A DNA stretch of 63,999 bases, counting the filler, from Collodictyon triciliatum (lineage: Eukaryota), in assembly GCA_043381765.1 (NCBI GenBank). It is 12 parts of 12 records of this genome, joined end to end, with 100 filler letters (N's around TTAATTAATTAA, not from the genome) between each part and the next. Parts side by side here need not be neighbours in the genome. Positions count along the whole stretch, not along the records: positions 1 to 5,311 come from JBHJMP010005303.1; positions 5,412 to 10,721 come from JBHJMP010005304.1; positions 10,822 to 16,129 come from JBHJMP010005305.1; 9 more parts are not named here. One strand, 5' to 3'. Within the stretch, counting starts at the first letter, position 1, and each line of letters begins with the position of its first letter. Of this stretch, positions 1 to 12,069 are shown piece by piece. Below the pieces are notes generated by a model. The model was not told the DNA's origin and ran no database searches. It saw nothing but the letters and a program-made list of their open reading frames with translations. A program made the position numbers and the translations under genes.

Positions 1-58
<58 letters not shown>

Positions 59-240
59 ATAAAAAACATAAAAAACACAAAAAAATAGAAAAAACAGAAA
101 AACAAAAAAAGCAGGAAAAGCAGGAAAAGCAGGAAAAGCAGGAAAAACAGAAAAAAATAATAGAAAAGCAGAAACAATGAAAAACAGAAAAAATGAAAAA
201 GCAGAAAAGGAAAACAGAAAAAACAAAAGCGAAAAAGAAA
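1..240. repeat. poly(A) and degenerate A-rich repeat (AAAAGCAGG/AAAAACAG) at contig end
   Basis: Read directly from the sequence. Confidence 0.9.
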
Positions 241-279
241 ACCACAGAGAACGACTGATAATAGCGTGGTCGGAAGTAT

Positions 280-2178
280 TTGATGAAGGTAAAACCATCC
301 GAAGCCGATGACAAGATCGTCAATGCTTTCAGTGATCTTCAGCGAGGATCTGGCGAGTCTGCCCGCAGGGAGTTACGACCTTATACAGACGAAAGCTTAG
401 ACTGCTTAGGAGTTGGAAGCTCACGAGAAGGGCTTCATGAGAAAGCACCCCGAAGTACTATCAAAATTCAGGTGGATAGTATCTCAACTAGCCTTAAAGA
501 CACAAAAATTACAGGGAGCGAGACAAAATGTATACCTGAAACCTCGACCAAGGCCTCCAACGTGCGTCTACGAGTCAAGCAGAACGTAAAAATAATTGAG
601 AGACGGTTGACTGTCCTCTGTTTCTTTATCACAAATGAAACCATACTCGAAAAAATTGTGTATTTTCAGAAAAACACCATAACAAAGATTATTATGACCC
701 TCTGCTGGATTATAAGTAACTTGAATGCCATTTCAATCATATTCGGAAAACCATGGCTCCCGTCGGATGTATTTTTTCCGGTGCAAGTGATTCTAACATT
801 GAATTTCATGGTTCATCACTCAATTTTTATCCGAGTAGGTATTGTAAAGGAGTTAGCTAGGTCTTTTGATTTTTGGTTCACGATTTACAATGTTATGTCA
901 TTACATCTTTGCTTTATATTATTGTATGGGTTCAATTTGGACTCATTCTGCATGGTTATTCATTCTTCTTCATGCATAATGCTCTCTGTATTGTATGATG
1001 CACATGCAGGAAATAGGACAGTATTTATGAAGGCTATTTCTCTGTTGGGAATCATTTCATATATCCCTGTCATAGTAGTGTTGCTTTTCCAAATTGTAAA
1101 TTTTGAAAACGAGCGCGTAACTTACGAGGCTGGCGACGTTGATATTGTAGATTTGCGCCTTCAAGCCCTGGATAATTTGACCACGTTGATGATTTACTTG
1201 CTACGCATATTTTATGCTCATAATGTAAAACGAACAAAGTACATTACAGTGGCATTTTTGTCAAAATTTTATGAAATAGAATCGAAAAAATCGGACGCGG
1301 TCCTTGTTGAATGTGATTCTGTACACTCTCAAGCCGAAGCTCCTTGTGGACGAGCGAACCAACAAGAACGTGGTAATGCACCTAGAAATGAAAACCAGAT
1401 TTCAGATGATTCAAAGAAGCATTTAAACATTGATAACATACCTGAATGCGACAAAAAGAAATATTTATTGATTGGTATAAATGAATCCTGTCACATCGAT
1501 TTCGATTTACACCTTACTGTATTCCATCTTTATGTCACAAAGTATCCTATGATTGTCGCTTTAGTCAAATCCAGATTATATGTATACACCGGAATATTTT
1601 TCAGCGCACTTTCCATACTCATTTCTTTACCGATGTCGATTGGATTCCAATTTCCTTCAAAGTATCAGTTTGTTGCATGTGGTATCACGGGGCTTGGATT
1701 ATTCTTTGTATTTGTCCAGATAATCCTGGCATGTAATTTCTTCTTGCTTCGGCAAGCGATGCATTCTTTTGATAATTACTACGTTCTTTTCTTGGTAACA
1801 AAAAGTTTTGTTTCGTACGGGATTTTGTGTGATTGGGACAGGCGCATTGTCTTCTGGATATTCTATTCGGTTGCCGCAGTGTGGTTCGTACTTATGGATG
1901 CTCTCGGAATAAAGTTTCGCAAGTTTTCGTACTTTGCTATTGCTGGGATAATCTGGTCTGTAATATTATCGGCTGTATGCAAAATAAATGGAGGAAAAAC
2001 TTTTGGCTTAGACAAGTATCTCTACGTTTTTGGCATGGTACAAGTCTCTTGTAAGATTATACTTTCCTCATCAACGCTTTCAATAAGTCTTTTCCTGGCA
2101 CGATTCCTCTTCAGCTTCTACAAGAACCCCAGACGAATTCTGTTTATGACCAGAAATGTTGAAATAATCGAGCTATAA
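280..2178 (+). CDS. intronless multi-pass membrane protein with two internally similar hydrophobic halves; function unknown
   Basis: 632-aa ORF (first ATG at 283). Two clusters of hydrophobic segments are separated by a polar linker. Matching motifs are ELARSFDFWF...LYDA and QAMHSFDNYY...LMDA. Confidence 0.8.
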   Translation: MMKVKPSEADDKIVNAFSDLQRGSGESARRELRPYTDESLDCLGVGSSREGLHEKAPRSTIKIQVDSISTSLKDTKITGSETKCIPETSTKASNVRLRVKQNVKIIERRLTVLCFFITNETILEKIVYFQKNTITKIIMTLCWIISNLNAISIIFGKPWLPSDVFFPVQVILTLNFMVHHSIFIRVGIVKELARSFDFWFTIYNVMSLHLCFILLYGFNLDSFCMVIHSSSCIMLSVLYDAHAGNRTVFMKAISLLGIISYIPVIVVLLFQIVNFENERVTYEAGDVDIVDLRLQALDNLTTLMIYLLRIFYAHNVKRTKYITVAFLSKFYEIESKKSDAVLVECDSVHSQAEAPCGRANQQERGNAPRNENQISDDSKKHLNIDNIPECDKKKYLLIGINESCHIDFDLHLTVFHLYVTKYPMIVALVKSRLYVYTGIFFSALSILISLPMSIGFQFPSKYQFVACGITGLGLFFVFVQIILACNFFLLRQAMHSFDNYYVLFLVTKSFVSYGILCDWDRRIVFWIFYSVAAVWFVLMDALGIKFRKFSYFAIAGIIWSVILSAVCKINGGKTFGLDKYLYVFGMVQVSCKIILSSSTLSISLFLARFLFSFYKNPRRILFMTRNVEIIEL

Positions 2179-3309
2179 AATATTACATTAAGATTTTAAA
2201 TCGAATAAAGGAAGGGAAAAAAAACTTTTACAGAGATGAACTAAAATAATGAACAAGCGAACGAATAAAAATAAATAAATAAATAAATAAATGGGTTTGG
2301 TGAATCTGAAGTGTTCTGGATTAAGGAATTAATGGTCTGCATGATAGATGGTGTTAAGTGGATATCATCCAGCGGGTACTCATCTCCCCGTCTCCTTGAA
2401 ATGAGCCCTGCAAAAGCACACTCAGCGACGTTTGACATGCTCCAGCGTAGTTTCTAGGTGCCAGACTCCCGGGTGACACCAGCAGAGTCCATGCCGTATC
2501 CAATTATGGATTTTATAATAAAATAATTAAAAATTCATATTGAAGAGTTTGATGTGCATATGTCATTAAATATCATGTGCTTATGACATATTCGTGATGA
2601 TGTGCTATGACCTCTACCCAAAATCCAATTTCCAGGATTCCATTGAACGCCGCAGTATGGAAAAAAACTGACGACCGGACTAATGGAAGCCTGAACATAC
2701 CCGCGTCCACCTTTTTTACGATCTGAAGGGCCAGTCCGGGAGTGTGTTTGTGGGCCTGCTGCCCCTCCTCGATCCTGCCAAAGTCCTCACTCGTTGCTCA
2801 GCCAAGCATAGGACATCTGCCTCTAAAACGTTGGAAATTAGTCGATCGAAGCAAAACCAAAACCAAAAACAAAAGCAAAAACAAAAGCAAAAGNNNNNNN
2901 NNNNNNNNNNNNNNNNNNNNNNNNNNNNNNNNNNNNNNNNNNNNNNNNNNNNNNNNNNNNNNNNNNNNNNNNNNNNNNNNNNNNNNNNNNNNNNNNNNNN
3001 NNNNNNNNNNNNNNNNNNNNNNNNNNNNNNNNNNNNNNNNNNNNNNNNNNNNNNNNNNNNNNNNNNNNNNNNNNNNNNNNNNNNNNNNNNNNNNNNNNNN
3101 NNNNNNNNNNNNNNNNNNNNNNNNNNNNNNNNNNNNNNNNNNNNNNNNNNNNNNNNNNNNNNNNNNNNNNNNNNNNNNNNNNNNNNNNNNNNNNNNNNNN
3201 NNNNNNNNNNNNNNNNNNNNNNNNNNNNNNNNNNNNNNNNNNNNNNNNNNNNNNNNNNNNNNNNNNNNNNNNNNNNNNNNNNNNNNNNNNNNNNNNNNNN
3301 NNNNNNNNN

Positions 3310-5037
3310 AGTCCGTTTGGCACGAGCATGGAACAAGGCCGCACGGCTCACGACCCAGGCTTCCTAACACGTCTGACTTCAGCAAAGCACGGCAGCTCAC
3401 CGCACTGCTCCGGCTCGGACTCTCTCAACTACTCATCCAGCCGAACGACACAGGCAGGGGATTCATCCCGGTCCATATCGGCAAGTTTTCTGCCCGCTGG
3501 CGTGAACACAACACCGCCCCTCACAATCCCCGGCACTTTCCAGCCAAATCCTGTCTTTAACCCACATCTCGGCGGGGCTATCCACAAAAGCTCAACTTTG
3601 CCTGAAGTCCCTAGTGAACTTGCGCTTTCTTCAACCAACACGCTTCGCATAGCAACCAAGTCTCCTTCAAGTGCAAACAGGGCGTCCCATCAAAACCCGC
3701 GCATTTCAAAGCGGTCCAGCGCGAAGCGCATCCGACCAACATCTCCAGGAAAAGAACTTGAGACCGGATATGATGTTGCTGATATTCGAGTGGTCGGACA
3801 GGAATCGCAATCACAATCTCAAACTCAAACTCAATCACAATCACAATCTCAATCTCAATCTCAATCACAATCACAATCACAGCCACAATCTCAATCACAG
3901 CCACAATCACAATCAGAATCCAAATCCAAATCAAAACTGCCACCAATATCAAAGCATACATTTCGAAAAGCACATGAATTACACCAATACAAAGCTAATG
4001 AAGCATCTATTGGCCTCGATACAAACGCTGAAGCAAATCCTGATCTACTACACACAACAAAAGCATCTTATTCGAAGGCAGTGATGACATTAAATGAAGC
4101 AGCACCATCGCCAGTTGCAGGCACAAATACATGCACAAATATAGGCACAGGCACTAACAACCGAAATAGCATAGATATTCAGAGCTATAATGCTCGCTGT
4201 CCACTTGAAAGAGTGGAGAGAACCCCATCTGATACGATAAATTGGGATTCTCAGCAAGATTCGGCAATAGATGCCAGCCATCAAATACCAATCTCTTACA
4301 GACTTGGCAAACAGCAAGGACTTTACCCACACCACACGCAGGAAGAGCAATCATCGCCTCAAGGCCATCTGCATCCCTTCTCCGTTGGCCTAAGTCCCCC
4401 AGTTTCTGCTAATGTATGTCCCAGCAACACAGACCCTGCAGATAATTCAAATGAGCGGCACTCACGTGCACATCGCCCGCCTACCCCAAGATTTTTACCC
4501 CAACATGACAGCGAATTCTGCGTCGATCTTCATCAAACACACCATACATCCGACGAAATATATCACCCCAATTACCCTTTTTCAATCGAATACCAGCCTT
4601 CATCACACCACATGCTGATGCAGAGCATATCTAGCCCATCTATACAAGGTTTTGCCTATGGCGGCAGCCCTACTTTTAGTGCAGAGCAGTCTTACATTCG
4701 TCCAGGTGGATTTCAAGGCCCAGCGCAGCCAGAAATATGCGGAAACACCTCAGATCCATGTGAATGTACGCAACAAACAAGATACGGAGAAGCATATGGG
4801 GATCTCTCGAGACATTCAAACCCTTATAACTACCCTTCTCAGCACCAATTTGAGCAAAATGCAGATACTTACCTTGGTCCGAACTACAGAGAGCAATATA
4901 TTGCGTCGTATTCTGCAAGACCTTTGGCAACCGTCGAACCCAGGCATCGAGATAGCAGGTTATTTTGCTTAAAATTTGAAAGCAACAGACGTGCTTGTCA
5001 CATCATATGTCCCGCTAGAATGATGCACCATATATAA
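3310..5037 (+). CDS. low-complexity Ser/Gln/Pro-rich hypothetical protein, partial
   Basis: Long open frame (569 aa from ATG 3328) with a (QS)n tract at about 3805-3930. It may start before the internal gap 2894-3309 and may be spliced at AG|GTTATT near 4959. Confidence 0.6.
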   Translation, partial: SPFGTSMEQGRTAHDPGFLTRLTSAKHGSSPHCSGSDSLNYSSSRTTQAGDSSRSISASFLPAGVNTTPPLTIPGTFQPNPVFNPHLGGAIHKSSTLPEVPSELALSSTNTLRIATKSPSSANRASHQNPRISKRSSAKRIRPTSPGKELETGYDVADIRVVGQESQSQSQTQTQSQSQSQSQSQSQSQSQPQSQSQPQSQSESKSKSKLPPISKHTFRKAHELHQYKANEASIGLDTNAEANPDLLHTTKASYSKAVMTLNEAAPSPVAGTNTCTNIGTGTNNRNSIDIQSYNARCPLERVERTPSDTINWDSQQDSAIDASHQIPISYRLGKQQGLYPHHTQEEQSSPQGHLHPFSVGLSPPVSANVCPSNTDPADNSNERHSRAHRPPTPRFLPQHDSEFCVDLHQTHHTSDEIYHPNYPFSIEYQPSSHHMLMQSISSPSIQGFAYGGSPTFSAEQSYIRPGGFQGPAQPEICGNTSDPCECTQQTRYGEAYGDLSRHSNPYNYPSQHQFEQNADTYLGPNYREQYIASYSARPLATVEPRHRDSRLFCLKFESNRRACHIICPARMMHHI

Positions 5038-5311
5038 AAGCACATTTTTTTCTATTTCCTTTGTGGTGGTTTATCGTACGTCATAAATTGATTCTGATAT
5101 AATATGTAGCTCAACGAGTTGTGTGAATAATCCGCCGTTTGTGTTGTGAGTTTATTTACCATTTTTCTTGTTCAACAGCTTTTATTTATTTTATTTTATT
5201 TTATTTTATTTTATTTTATTTTATTTTATTTTATTTTATTTTATTTTATTTTATTTTATTTTATTTTATTTTATTTTATTTTACATTCATGCATACCTGA
5301 AATATGTCACT

Positions 5312-5411
5312 NNNNNNNNNNNNNNNNNNNNNNNNNNNNNNNNNNNNNNNNNNNNTTAATTAATTAANNNNNNNNNNNNNNNNNNNNNNNNNNNNNNNNN
5401 NNNNNNNNNNN
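5312..5411. other. artificial contig-joining spacer (N44-TTAATTAATTAA-N44)
   Basis: Identical 100-nt spacers also lie at 10722, 16130, 21538, 26944, 32349, 37752, 43150, 48548, 53945 and 59342. TTAATTAATTAA gives stops in all six frames. Confidence 0.98.
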
Positions 5412-5607
5412 CAAACAAAAAACATACAAACAAAAAACATACAAACAAAAAACATACAAACAAAAAACATACAAACAAAAAACATACAAACAAAAAACAT
5501 ACAAACAAAAAACAACAAGAAACCAAAAAACGTTCACGAACTCTTCTCACTACAAAAAAAGAAGCAAAGCCACAACCGAAAGAGGTTATATACAAGGCAA
5601 AGCGAGA

Positions 5608-6491
5608 ATGCACCCCGAGACGGACGTAGACTCTTCAAAGCTGCGTTGCATCGCACGCACAGCCTCGTCGTTCATCTGGGCCGACACAGAAGGGCGCTTC
5701 TACCGACAAGCGAGCGAGCACGACAATCTGAATCCCATCCCATCCCTCGTCCTGCCAGCAAACTACAACCACGAGCGCGCCCTTCAAGAAGCGCCTCGCC
5801 ACGCGAGGGACTGTCTGCTAAGTGGCCATCTGCAACAAACGGGGCCAGAGTCATTCCAACTCAGCTTCTCCTTGCACGGCGGCGGAAACCAGCCATCCAG
5901 AGTGCCGCTCTTTGCCCACGAGCGCGTTCCATCGTCAGGTTCCGAGAGCCCAGGTCCGCACAACGAGACAGCTGACGCTGCCAATACTTTCTCTGCCCCG
6001 GTTGAGTCTGTCCACAAAGTCTTGGATTATCTTCACTCCGTCCCAACCTCGCACGTGGCTCAAATTGCGCAGATTGCGCAGATTGCTTTGGCCTCACAGA
6101 TGCTGCAGACAAACACGCAGGAGCAGACACTCGGCTTTATCAAAGATTTGTCGGGTCTATTTGAGCACCAAGTGGACAAGCTTGCTCAGCTGGCCAAGGA
6201 CCAAGCAGAGGCCTCTCGTATCTTGGCTGATTCGCGCGTGGATGTCTTAAAGGCACAGACGGATTCGTGCCTCGGACAAACGGATGCACAGCAGAAGCTT
6301 GCGACTGTCGTGGCCGACCAAATCCTGCGTTTGCCTTTGGTTTCCAACGGAGAAAGCACTGAGGTTGTTCAGTTGTATCTCCAAGCAGTAACTCCGTTTG
6401 GGAATCAGAAGCCTCAGGCTCTGGATTGCCAGCAGTCTCCTCTCGCATCAGCAACCGACAGGACTCCTCAGTTGAATACATCGCCTGGAGG

Positions 6492-6547
<56 letters not shown>

Positions 6548-9540
6548 ATTTCTATACTTTGTTTCCTTACTTTCCCCCGCCTTCATTACTACTCTATAGC
6601 ATTTTGTGTTTGTCTCGTCGATTCAAGACAATGATGATATTTATTGATTTAGTATTATTCACCGGTGTATATATGAAACATTTGGATTGCTCACAGATAA
6701 TTACTTTCTTTTCTTCTCCTTTCCTTTTCTTTCTTTTCTTTTGTTTTCTTTTGTTTTCTTTGTTTGTTTGTTTGTTTGTTTGTTTGTTTGTTTGTTTGTT
6801 TGTTTGTTTGTTTGTTTGTTTGTTTGTTTGTTTGTTTGTTTGTTTGTTTGTTTGTTTCTTTCTCTCTTTCTTTCTTTCCTTCTTGTCTCGTTCACACATC
6901 TCCTTCAACTATTCGGACATGAAATGAAACTACACCGATTTACTTCTTGGATTCAAAGACAATCGTAACGACAGCATCGAGCAGACTTTGAATGCGAAAA
7001 AACCTGCCAGCGCATCGGGTACTGCGGAGGAAGAAAAGGAAAAAGTAGACAACTCAGAATCTCGCTTCATGACCTTTGATGATATTGCTGACAGTCTCGC
7101 GAGCCTGACCCCGAAACTGAAGTTTGGCTTTGACACTGAGACAGAGCAGCCTAAAGACCATGTTGAAAATGAAGAAAGTAGGATACTGAAGGAGTCAGTA
7201 TTTGAGGATTGGCCACTCCCTATAATTCATGACCCCCCAAGAAACTCGTACCAGCTCGCCGCATTGATTGCAAGCAATCCTGAAAATACTTCACTCAAGA
7301 AACGTGCCATTCGCCTGGTCTCATCGTTCATGTCGCAATCCATTCTCAACGAAGAGAATCTAACGGAGGTATGCGCTTTGGTCCATTCAAAGGACAAGGA
7401 AGTAGTTGATAGGCTAGCCTCTGCCATCGGGCGACGTGTGGGTGTTTCTATGGAGTCCTTACCAAGGATTTTGGAGTCACTATGCTATTTTCTCCGATTT
7501 GCACCAAACGACTGCTCTGACAGCATCCTCACAACCGCCATTCTAGATTCCCTTCTGGGTCGGCTCTCAGACTTATACTCCTGTGAGGAGGAGGTGATCG
7601 AGACTCTCGTCACTACATTGACACAGATTATGATGTTCTCTCTCGACCTCGGTATTGCTGGTGTTCCAAAGTCAAAGTTTGACGAGTACCGACTGACATT
7701 CGATGAGTCATGGCTAGCGAGGGTATGGAATAAAGGCATGAGGGTATGTGATAGCCTGGAAGATAAAGCAAGAGAAAAAGCGCAAGATGCAAAGAAAGCC
7801 GCTTTTACTGAGGCTTTGAAGAGAATCGGAAGCAATGAAAATGCAGCCAGTCGAGGTGTGGGCCTGGTTCGTACTTTCACCTTTGGTCTCTTCCACGCCG
7901 CCCGCTCCATGGTTGCTCTTGATCTAGAATCAACGTTGGATTCATTTGACAACTTGTACGAGACGTTCAGCTCACTCAACATTGAGGAGGCGTGGTTTGA
8001 AGTCTACTCAAGTTTCCGGCTGTTTCTATTGAAGAAGACGGAACTCGCCCGAAAGTTCTGGGATGACATCATCGGCAAAAGTTCTTTTGGTGCGAATGAA
8101 TGGATGTGTTTCTTGGTAGCAGAACTGTTTTGTGACATCTTTGCCAGCACATATAAAGGGCAGGACAGGAGAGACCTGCTTTCCCTCTTTCTTCATATCC
8201 AGTCGCACAAATCATGGCCATCATCTGATTTGCTCAAGTTCCACGTAAGCTCCATCACTACAAAGATGCAGTCGTTTGCCCCGCCCGTCCTGGAGCCAAC
8301 ATCCTCAAAGCTATTAGAGATGTCTGCAAAGGAAGGATGCACCATTGAGCAGGTTATCCACAGCATCATGGAGCTGACCGCAGGCGACTCTGCGCTAGAG
8401 GAACCTTGCGAGATATATATCCCACTCAGCGCACAAGTGCAAGGAGATAGCAAAGAGAGCACGGAGGCAAAGGACGCAGCCGATGTTGTGTGCGCTTTCG
8501 TTCAAGACACAAGCACAAACAAGCGGCTTCTGGAGGTTGTCGGGGAAGCAGGAAGCGGCAAGAGTGTGCTCCTGCAGCAGGTTGCCAAGCGCCTCTGGGC
8601 GTGCTACAAAGCAGGCAACGCAATCCCACCCATCTACACGAGCCTGCAGTTGCTAAAAAGTCCGCGCGAGAACCTCGTGAGCCAGCTGTTGAAGACGCCC
8701 TTCAAGAACGGGATGAAGCAGGCCCGAGATGTGTGCTTCACCGACGACCAGGTGGCTCTGCTCCAGTCCGAGGCGTGGCCTCTTGTCTTTTTCGTGGACG
8801 ACTTTGACGAACTGGACCACACCGCCGCCTTCTCGGTGCTCAAGATGGATCTGCAAGACTGGCCGAATGCAAGGTTTGTCCTCGCCGCGCGCTGTCCTCT
8901 CCTGGACGGCGAGTCAAACCTTGCGTGCTTCGCGTCCCTTGCGGACAAAGCAGCCTTGCTGCCCTTCACTGAGCACCAGCGCCAGTTGTTCTTTGACGAG
9001 CACGCAAAGAGGCATATGCGTGCGGGGTGGGACTCGGGCGCGGCCTACGAGCAGCGTCTTGGCGAGCAGCCTGCTTTTGCAGCCGCATCTCGGCTTCCGC
9101 TCTTTGCGTCGGTCATTGCATCGGCGTTGCCCGCCGTCGCAGAACGTGCGGCCAAGCAATCTGCCTCTGGTTCATGGGAGGCGCTTCTGCAGGCTGCTTT
9201 GGTGGATGTGTGCATCGAAAGACAGGAGCAGCGCATCCGAGTCAGGCGTCTGCCTCTGCCTCCGGATTTCCCATCGCACTTTGGAGCGCACCTTCGCCGC
9301 TTCTGCAGAGACGTCGCCCTGTTGATGCAGTCACGCTGTGCCGATCACTCGGACCCGCATCTCCGCTACGAGTGGGACGCCTTCGAGAAGAAGTCTTCTG
9401 CGCCCGAGCTCGACCGATTCTTCGGGCCCGTTTCGCCCTCAGTCGAGATTCTACGCCGGGCTGCGCCTATGGTCAAGGCCTCGCCGTCGACCGTCAAGTT
9501 TGCAAGCAAAGTCTTTTATGATTTCTTTGTGATGTCGTAG
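5608..9540 (+). CDS. STAND-class NACHT NTPase with N-terminal coiled-coil/ARM-like helical region and no C-terminal sensor repeats
   Basis: Exon 1 5608-6490 and exon 2 6959-9540 are joined by a phase-compatible G|GTCTTT...AAAG|AC intron (about 1154 aa). Walker A is VVGEAGSGKS and Walker B is VFFVDDFDEL. YIPLSAQ precedes the NTPase, and the winged-helix end motif KFASKVFYDFF sits just before the stop. Confidence 0.8.
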
Positions 9541-9814
9541 ATGCGCAGTGGAACAGAAGGAAGAGAAGAAGGCAACCGGAAAGATGGAAAAGCTTGCTCG
9601 CACTTTCCTGCTTTAGTCTTGTTCTTTTTTCTATCTTCTTTCACCAACCTCAAAGGACGACTTCATTCGCTCCTGAGCTTCAATCACCACACCAATGAAA
9701 AGGAGAACGCAGAGATATACCTTGCCAAAGTCGGCTCTTGAACTCATCACAAGACCTCCCCTTTTTTTTTTAACCTTGTTTTTCTTCATTTTTTTAATGT
9801 CTTAATGAGTATGC

Positions 9815-10708
9815 CTAGGCAAAAACGAAGGAGGGCTTTCCTGGGAGCGCGGCAGACTTCTTGTCCTGCAGATCAGGAGCGGACGGGTCTTCCGAGTTGT
9901 GCACAAAGAGCTCGGTCAGATTGAAGCTGCGACGGATGTATTCGGCGTTTTCGTTGATGACTTGAAGCTCGTCATACGAAGTGGACAAATCAAAGGCAGA
10001 CACACCTTCGACCTTGACGGCATCCTGTGTCAGAAAAAAAAATCCATATTTGATTGCGATGGTGAGTATCAGAGGAAGTTGTGCGCTGTTCTGGGTGGAC
10101 AGGGTTTTGCGATTGGAAAACAAAAGAGAAGACAACATGTGTGATTATCTATATGTCTAATTGTGTGATAAGAGTGCTTTTCATTTTCGTATTGATTTGT
10201 TTGGTGTGTTCTTGTTTTCCTTTCCCTATTTGAGTAGTATCGCGCATAATTGTTCTGATATTATGCTGTCTGCTTTACCTTCACATAAGCGGCAAAAGGC
10301 ATGACCTTTTTAAAGATGGGCTTTAAGACCTCTTCAGCTTGGAATTTTTGGATGAGCTCCTTGTCTGTCATCTTATAAGTCTTTGTTGACTGCGGGTTGG
10401 GCGTAGAGGCATAAAGAAGGAATAATAAACGTAATTTTCTTCAAAACTGGGCGTTGGAATGCAGAGTTGGGAATAAGAGCCAGTAAAATGGACATTAGGT
10501 GCTTCTTACACCACATAAAACTTGCATATATCTCACAAAAAGAGGAACAGCAGAGAACATGAGCCATGACGATAAATATATATATAAAATGTGCCGAAAA
10601 GACCTCATCATAGACGGATTTCAGGGTTGTCAGGACTTTCTGTTGCCAGAGAGGATACGATTTGCTGACATAAATATGGAGGGTAGACAGCTTTCCAGCA
10701 GGTGTAGC
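9815..10708 (-). CDS. LARS1: cytosolic leucyl-tRNA synthetase, last three exons (partial)
   Basis: The spliced peptide ...LHIYVSKSYPLWQQKVL...KKVMPFAAYVK/DAVKVEGVSAFDLSTSYDELQVINENAEYIRRSF...ALPGKPSFVFA* matches the recognisable eukaryotic LeuRS C-terminus. Introns are GT-AG. Confidence 0.88.
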
Positions 10709-10821
10709 CTGTTAATCAATCNNNNNNNNNNNNNNNNNNNNNNNNNNNNNNNNNNNNNNNNNNNNTTAATTAATTAANNNNNNNNNNNNNNNNNNNNNNN
10801 NNNNNNNNNNNNNNNNNNNNN

Positions 10822-10920
10822 ATACATACATACATACATACATACATACATACATACATACATACATACATACATACATACATACATACATACATACATA
10901 CATACATACATACATACATA
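10822..10920. repeat. (TACA)n microsatellite
   Basis: Read directly. The same motif occurs at 43250-43350 and, as (GTAT)n, at 59442-59530. Confidence 0.95.
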
Positions 10921-12069
10921 CTATGACTTTGCTTATATTCGAACCTTGATGTTCCGCAGATGGATATGTAATGTATGTTTTGTGGGGTGCGGAACATCAC
11001 AGCAAAAATAATAAATTGATATTAATACGAATAAAGGAAAAATTGATATTAATATTTAAAATTAATTATTATACGTGTAGAGACTCGAAAAAAAACATGT
11101 GGGTCTAGGTAATTTGTATGCTTACATCATTTATGTGCTCTACCGCTTCTGTGCTTCATAATTTTTTGATGTGCAATTTAGATCTTACTGCGGCGTCTAT
11201 TTATGTTAATAATTAATCATCATGTTCGTATGAAGGAAAAAATTTAATCAACGCGAAATTTTGCGATTATATAAATGCATAATCGTAATTTTTAACTCAT
11301 ATAATAGAGCGGAACGGCCGTGAGTTTATTCTTCACCAGGATTTTTTTAGTTCTGGATTGAGCTCATGTCGTTTTCTTTTGGTTAGATTAACCTTACATA
11401 GGGTGATATTATCTTCAAAAGTTCTTCTCATCATCCTATAGTGCAAAAGAGTGAAATCTGAATTATGATTCCCTATCGAAAGTTACTGCGGCCACAGTCA
11501 GCTCTCATTAGACATATACAACCACTTTACATCACACCCAATATTTTATTTTTTTTGATTAAAGGAAGGAGGGGTTTTTAGATTTTTCTACTGCCCGAAA
11601 TAATTTTTTTGCTCCTTGTTTATAGCAGTGACGCGTGTCGGTTAAGGGTGCTGGCCGGAATGACATGGAAACTGGATTCATTGCTCAGCACTATGCACTC
11701 ACACTTGCATTTATAGTTAAAAATTCTTGAATATTTCATTATTTTTGCTTCGTGTTTGAGACGATTCAGGGGTTCAAATTAAAATTTTTTTTACATAAAA
11801 TTGTATTTTCTTTTAAATAATCTCATTCTTAACTATTTTATTATTAATACCATCATTTATTTTGAGGCGTGAATTTTCACTTATTTAATTACCTTTTAAT
11901 TTGTTTATCTGAAATTTTGTAACAGTACAAACCAAAACTGCTGGATGCAATTTCTGATAACCGACTACTTCTCAATCATCCTAACAGAATTGGATTCCAT
12001 GCAAATGGAGGCTGGTGAATCAAGAGAAAATCCCTCTAATAATTCACATGTTTAAAAATATTTCTTTAA

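Noticed and set aside
5356-5367. Recurrent TTAATTAATTAA palindrome every ~5.4 kb as a biological repeat or CRISPR-like element
   Set aside because: It is always centred in identical N padding, so it is an artificial six-frame-stop linker.
6594-6968. ORFs such as (KQTN)n, (FVCL)n, (MYVC)n, poly-F and poly-K throughout the ORF track
   Set aside because: They are translations of microsatellites and homopolymers, or read through N runs.
11625-11695. tRNA/SINE-like or SECIS-like hairpin (GTGCTG...AATGA...TCATT...CAGCAC)
   Set aside because: There is no cloverleaf or proper B-box, the helix is too short for a SECIS, and no upstream selenoprotein is visible.
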